64,000 bases of DNA. It comes from Ferruginibacter sp. Its GTDB lineage: Bacteria; Bacteroidota; Bacteroidia; Chitinophagales; Chitinophagaceae. Of this stretch, positions 59,385 to 64,000 are shown one piece after another; position 1 is the first letter of the stretch, and every line of letters starts with the position of its first letter. The DNA lies in NCBI GenBank assembly GCA_044222465.1, contig JBGANE010000007.1:14664-78663 (forward strand), read 5' to 3'. Position numbers and translations under genes: made by a program. The notes under the pieces are model-generated. The model was not told the origin of the DNA. It ran no database searches and was given only the letters and a program-made list of their open reading frames with translations.

Positions 59385-61658
59385 ATGAATAAAAAAATAA
59401 AACTGCTGCTGATCCTTGGTTTCAACTGCCTGTTCATGCAGGCACAAAATATGGCTAAGGTCGACCTGGTGAATACATTAATGGGTACATACTCTAAACC
59501 CGATCTTTCCAATGGTAATACTTATCCTGCTATTGGTACACCATGGGGAATGAATTACTGGACACCACAGACCAATAAGAATGGAGATGGATGGCAATAT
59601 ATGTATAGTGGAGAAAAAATCGTTGGATTCAAACAAACACACCAGCCCTCACCATGGATGAATGATTACGGCCAGTTCTCCATCATGCCATCCATTGGAA
59701 TGAAGTGGAAGGAAGAGCAGCGGGGCAGTTGGTTCTCTCACAAAGCCGAAGAAGCAAGGCCATACTATTATAAAGTGTATTTAGCCGATGCAGATATTAC
59801 CACTGAGTTAACGGCAACCGAACGTGCCGCCCGCTTTCAATTCACTTTTCCACAGTCGGACAGCTCCTCATTTATTGTGGATGCATTTAACAGGGGCTCT
59901 TTTGTAAAGATCATCCCTGCGGAGAACAAGATCATTGGCTACAGCACCCGCTACAGCCGTGGCAAGCTTTTGAATTTCAAAAATTATTTCGTTATCTATT
60001 TTGATAAGGCCTTTGCTTATGAAAAAACGGTAAGTGAGACAGGTGCATTCATTGACTCACTTGAAATAACCAACTCACATGCGCTGGCGGTTGTAGGTTT
60101 TAAAACCCGTAAAGGCGAAAAGATAAACTGCCGGGTGGCATCCTCATTCATCAGCTTTGAACAGGCCGAACAGAATTTAAAGGAACTGGGTAATGATAGT
60201 TTTGAAAAACTGAGATCAGCGAATAAGAACAAATGGGAAAAAGTTTTGAATGCTGTGCAGGTTGAAGGCGGCACCGATGAACAAATGCGTACTTTTTATT
60301 CCTGTCTTTACCGCACGGTAATGTTCCCCAATAAATTGTACGAGATAGATGCTAAGGGGCAAATTGTGCATTATAGTCCCTACAACGGAAAGATATTGCC
60401 GGGCTATATGTATGGCGGCACCGGATTCTGGGATACATTCCGGGCATTGTATCCGCTGCTCAATGTATTATTCCCTTCTATAAATAAAGAAATGCAGGAA
60501 GGGCTCATCAATGATTATAAAGAAGGAGGTTGGTTGCCCGAGTGGAGCAGCCCGGGTTATGCCGATATCATGATCGGCAACAATTCGGCATCGGTGGTAA
60601 GTGAAGCTTATTTAAAAGGGTTGAGGGGATACGATATTGAAACGCTGTACCAGGCTTTACTGCATGGTGCAAATAATGAAGGACCGGTGAGTGCAGTAGG
60701 CCGCAAAGGTGTGGCTTACTATAATAAACTCGGTTATGTGCCCTACGATGTAAAGATCAACGAAAATGCGGCACGTACACTGGAATATGCTTACGACGAT
60801 TTTGCCATTTACCAACTGGCCAAAGCATTGAATAAACCAAAAGAAGAAATAGAACTTTATGCAAAACGCTGTTTGAATTATCGAAACCTGTTTGATCCGG
60901 AAACCAAACTGATGAGGGGGAAAAATGAGGATGGTACATTTCAATCACCTTTTAACCCGGTGAAATGGGGCGATGCATTTACCGAAGGCAACAGCTGGCA
61001 TTATAGCTGGAGTGTTTTTCATGATGTGCAGGGGTTGATTGACCTGATGGGAGGTAAAGCCATGTTTTGTAAAATGCTTGACTCTGTATTTTCGATGGCG
61101 CCAACTTTTGATGATACTTATTATGGCGGCACCATTCATGAGATAAGGGAAATGCAGATCGCAGGTATGGGGCAATACGCACATGGCAACCAGCCTATCC
61201 AGCACATGATCTACTTATATAATTATGCAGGCCAGCCCTGGAAGACACAGTATTGGGCACGTGAGGTAATGAACAGGATGTACAAACCAACACCCGATGG
61301 TTATTGTGGCGATGAAGATAATGGCCAGACAAGCGCCTGGTATATTTTTTCGGCGATGGGTTTTTACCCGGTATGCCCGGCCAGCAACCAGTATGTGATG
61401 GGTGCGCCGCTTTTTAAAAAACTAATTTTAAATTTAGAAGGCGGGAAAAAATTTGTGATTGAAGCTCCGCAAAACAGCGCTCAGCATAAATATGTGCAAT
61501 CAGTCAGTAAAGATGGTAAAGCATATACTAAGAACTGGCTGGACCATTTTGATATTTTAAAAGGCGGTAGCCTTAAAATAAATATGGGGAATGAACCGGG
61601 TAAGGCCTGGGGCGCTTCCAATGCAGATGTTCCTTATTCTTTTTCGCTTGAAAAATAA
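59385..61658 (+). CDS. Glycoside hydrolase family 92 alpha-mannosidase
   Basis: GNTYPAI..PWGMN.WTPQT, FKQTHQPSPW.NDYG, WDTFRA, TEGNSWHY, YAHGNQP.QH, GDEDNGQTSAWY. Confidence 0.95.
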   Translation: MNKKIKLLLILGFNCLFMQAQNMAKVDLVNTLMGTYSKPDLSNGNTYPAIGTPWGMNYWTPQTNKNGDGWQYMYSGEKIVGFKQTHQPSPWMNDYGQFSIMPSIGMKWKEEQRGSWFSHKAEEARPYYYKVYLADADITTELTATERAARFQFTFPQSDSSSFIVDAFNRGSFVKIIPAENKIIGYSTRYSRGKLLNFKNYFVIYFDKAFAYEKTVSETGAFIDSLEITNSHALAVVGFKTRKGEKINCRVASSFISFEQAEQNLKELGNDSFEKLRSANKNKWEKVLNAVQVEGGTDEQMRTFYSCLYRTVMFPNKLYEIDAKGQIVHYSPYNGKILPGYMYGGTGFWDTFRALYPLLNVLFPSINKEMQEGLINDYKEGGWLPEWSSPGYADIMIGNNSASVVSEAYLKGLRGYDIETLYQALLHGANNEGPVSAVGRKGVAYYNKLGYVPYDVKINENAARTLEYAYDDFAIYQLAKALNKPKEEIELYAKRCLNYRNLFDPETKLMRGKNEDGTFQSPFNPVKWGDAFTEGNSWHYSWSVFHDVQGLIDLMGGKAMFCKMLDSVFSMAPTFDDTYYGGTIHEIREMQIAGMGQYAHGNQPIQHMIYLYNYAGQPWKTQYWAREVMNRMYKPTPDGYCGDEDNGQTSAWYIFSAMGFYPVCPASNQYVMGAPLFKKLILNLEGGKKFVIEAPQNSAQHKYVQSVSKDGKAYTKNWLDHFDILKGGSLKINMGNEPGKAWGASNADVPYSFSLEK

Positions 61659-61662
61659 ATGT

Positions 61663-62163
61663 ATGAAGATCATTCTCGGCATATTGTTCCTTGGGTTTTC
61701 ATTTTCTTCCCTGGCGCAGATAGAAGGAGGAAGCTTAACCTATAAAGACCTTAAGGACCTGGCGGGTAACTGGGGCGGTACCATGGTTTATACTGCCGAA
61801 ACATCGCAGCTCACCTTTCAAAGCAAACTTGAAATTGTGGATATGAAGGATTCGCTGATGTTCAGTTTTATTAATACCGGCGCTGATGGAAAGCAGGTAA
61901 CAGAAAAATATGCGATGTACATTTATGATAACGGCAACAAACTCCGGTTCGACAGCAACGAGTTTGAAATTGTGGCCATCAGGCGGAGGGGTGTAAGGCT
62001 CACCATCATCATTGAACGGGAAGGCGTTGATAAATACAGGTCGGCCGAATTCCAGGATACCATCATCATCGGGCCGGTAAATTTAAATATCGAAAGAAAG
62101 ATCAGGTACACAGATGCGGTGGATTATTTTATCCGCAGCAGGATATCGCTTACTAAAAAATAG
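61663..62163 (+). CDS. Exported hypothetical beta-rich protein
   Basis: Signal peptide from ATG 61663 (MKIILGILFLG...LAQ); LAGNWGG motif. Confidence 0.75.
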   Translation: MKIILGILFLGFSFSSLAQIEGGSLTYKDLKDLAGNWGGTMVYTAETSQLTFQSKLEIVDMKDSLMFSFINTGADGKQVTEKYAMYIYDNGNKLRFDSNEFEIVAIRRRGVRLTIIIEREGVDKYRSAEFQDTIIIGPVNLNIERKIRYTDAVDYFIRSRISLTKK

Positions 62164-62166
62164 ACC

Positions 62167-63411
62167 ATGCCGGCATTGCTCATAACACATATCAGACAGT
62201 TGGTGAACGTTCGTGAACAAAACGAATTGCTACGGGGTGCTGCTTTAGCCCAGCTGCCTGTAATAGATGATGCTTTTGTATTGATTGAAAACGGTATCAT
62301 TGCGGAATATGGCGCCATGTATGAGCTGGAACTGAAAGTTCCGCAATTGCCGAAACTTATTATAGATGCACAGGACCAGTTTGTTCTGCCAACCTGGTGC
62401 GACAGCCATACGCATATTGTCTTTGCCAAAACAAGAGAAGAGGAATTCATTGATAAGATAAAGGGAATGAGTTATGCAGAAATTGCTGCCAAAGGTGGCG
62501 GCATCTTAAACTCTGCAGCAAAACTAAATGCAGCAAGCGAAGATGAACTCTTCAACAGTGCGTGGCAAAGGCTGGAAGAAATTACTAAACTTGGTACCGG
62601 CGCTGTTGAAATAAAAAGCGGCTACGGTTTGACAGTAGAAGGGGAGTTGAAAATGCTGAGGGTGATAAAAAAATTAAAAGAAAGATCAAACCTCAGCATT
62701 AAAGCAAGTTTTTTGGGTGCACATACATACCCTGTCGCTTATAAAGAAAACCACCAGGGATATATTGACAGCATCATCAATGAAATGCTTCCGGTAATTG
62801 CAAAAGAAAAACTCGCCGATTATATTGATTGCTTCTGCGAAACAGGATTCTTCTCAGCTGCAGAAATGGAAACTATATGCAGGGCAGGAATGAGCTATGG
62901 ATTAAAACCAAAACTCCACGTAAACCAGTTGAACAGTATCGGTGGTATCAAATCGGCCATAAAACTAAATGCACTTTCTGTTGACCACCTGGAAACAATG
63001 ACTGACGCCGATATAAAGAATATTTCCGCCTCAAATACCATTGGAACATTGCTTCCAACCGCCGCTTTTTTCCTGCGGATGCAATACCAACCGGCCAGGA
63101 AACTGATAGACAATAATTGTGCGATAGCTCTTGCAACTGATTATAATCCAGGTTCATCGCCAAGCGGCAATATGAACTTTGTTATTGCCTTAAGCTGCAT
63201 ACAGATGAAGATGCTACCCGAAGAAGCCATCAATGCGGCAACCCTCAATGGAGCCTATGCCATGGAGCTGGAAAAAGAACTGGGCAGCATAACCATCGGC
63301 AAAAAAGCCAACCTTATTTTCACCAAACCCATTCCTTCCATTGCCTATTTGCCTTATTCTTTTGGAACAAATTTGATTGATAAGGTGATGATCAACGGAG
63401 AATTAACTTAA
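62167..63411 (+). CDS. hutI: Imidazolonepropionase
   Basis: CDSHTH, IAAKGGGIL, EIKSGYGL, YIDCFCE, SVDHLE, ALATDYNPGSSP. Confidence 0.96.
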   Translation: MPALLITHIRQLVNVREQNELLRGAALAQLPVIDDAFVLIENGIIAEYGAMYELELKVPQLPKLIIDAQDQFVLPTWCDSHTHIVFAKTREEEFIDKIKGMSYAEIAAKGGGILNSAAKLNAASEDELFNSAWQRLEEITKLGTGAVEIKSGYGLTVEGELKMLRVIKKLKERSNLSIKASFLGAHTYPVAYKENHQGYIDSIINEMLPVIAKEKLADYIDCFCETGFFSAAEMETICRAGMSYGLKPKLHVNQLNSIGGIKSAIKLNALSVDHLETMTDADIKNISASNTIGTLLPTAAFFLRMQYQPARKLIDNNCAIALATDYNPGSSPSGNMNFVIALSCIQMKMLPEEAINAATLNGAYAMELEKELGSITIGKKANLIFTKPIPSIAYLPYSFGTNLIDKVMINGELT

Positions 63412-63485
63412 CTGCAGAGAAAATGAGAACAGGAGTTAACGCAGAGATTCTCTGCGAAATCTCAGCCACTCCCGTTCTCAGCGGT
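63411..63485. repeat. Nested palindromic intergenic repeat (REP/BIME-like)
   Basis: Inner CGCAGAG-ATT-CTCTGCG (63440-63456); outer TGAGAACAGGAGT (63424-63436) / ACTCCCGTTCTCA (63468-63480). Confidence 0.65.
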
Positions 63486-63499
63486 AAAAAATAAATACA

Positions 63500-63892
63500 A
63501 TGAAACAATTGATTTTTGCATCGGTCTTATTATTCTTGTCAGTGGGTTCATATTCCCAGGATAACAACTGCCTTCAATACCATAAAGGAAAATTCACTTA
63601 CACCGATTCTGCCAACAATGTGATACTGGTCAAAAGAAAAAAGAAATTCCAGGTGGAGACCAACCAAACCACGGGGGTATGGATCAACTTCCGGATAAAA
63701 TGGATCAGTGACTGTGAATATGAACTGGAGCAGGTTGGCACTAACAGCAAAGCCAGGAAAAAATACAATCACGGTATATCAACCTCCATCATTTCAAAAC
63801 CACTAGGCGATGCCGGGTATGAATATACCTGCGCCTGTAAAGACCCGGGCACTACTAAAATAACCGGGGTTATGAAAAAACTAAAAGATTAA
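63500..63892 (+). CDS. Exported hypothetical protein
   Basis: Signal peptide; C...HKGKF and IKWISDCEYEL motif seen in Bacteroidota hypotheticals. Confidence 0.75.
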   Translation: MKQLIFASVLLFLSVGSYSQDNNCLQYHKGKFTYTDSANNVILVKRKKKFQVETNQTTGVWINFRIKWISDCEYELEQVGTNSKARKKYNHGISTSIISKPLGDAGYEYTCACKDPGTTKITGVMKKLKD

Positions 63893-63898
63893 TTTTAT

Positions 63899-64000
63899 CT
63901 AGTCAGGTATAAAGATCTTAAATCGCTCAAAACAATACTTCGTCAGCATTTCCCTGTCATCAGGATGAGCAATATCGATCATTGACTTTGCCCGCTGTCT
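63899..64000 (-). CDS. 3' end of an acetyl-CoA hydrolase / 4-hydroxybutyrate CoA-transferase family gene (partial)
   Basis: RQRAKSMIDIAHPDDREMLTKYCFERFKIFIPD*; the IAHPD motif is typical of this family's C-terminus. Confidence 0.8.
   Translation of the reverse strand, partial: RQRAKSMIDIAHPDDREMLTKYCFERFKIFIPD

Overview
Core-genome window from a Bacteroidota bacterium, most likely Chitinophagaceae. This is inferred from TAnnTTTG -7 promoter boxes, the lptD/amidase/mlaD synteny, the rpmE type B, short-form speA and bacilliredoxin genes, and general protein style. It holds about 55 mostly housekeeping CDSs (secDF, lptD, mlaD, ung, thrS-infC-rluF-rpmI-rplT, speA, lgt, yajQ, rpmE, tpiA, hutI and others), one tRNA-Arg(TCT), a small flippase-methyltransferase-glycosyltransferase cluster and a GH47/GH92 mannosidase run. 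I saw no CRISPR array, integrase, transposase or prophage. The most unusual signals are five. (1) A set of miniature palindromic and heptamer repeats, some sitting in frame inside genes (murC paralog, methylmalonyl-CoA mutase, ABC-F); two copies of a CCTGCCT..GG..AGG.A(A/G)G palindrome are each nested in another repeat. (2) An unnamed ~110-aa C-terminal domain shared by the peptidoglycan amidase and an exported Pro/Lys-linker protein. (3) An uncalled 34-aa membrane microprotein, divergent from an exported Ppx/GppA-like ASKHA protein and a coiled-coil membrane protein. (4) An in-frame deletion removing the YGGS loop of tpiA, and an apparently clipped aspC C-terminus; both may be assembly artefacts. 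(5) Candidate structured leaders ahead of rpmI-rplT and rpmE. All family assignments come from motif recognition by eye, not database searches.
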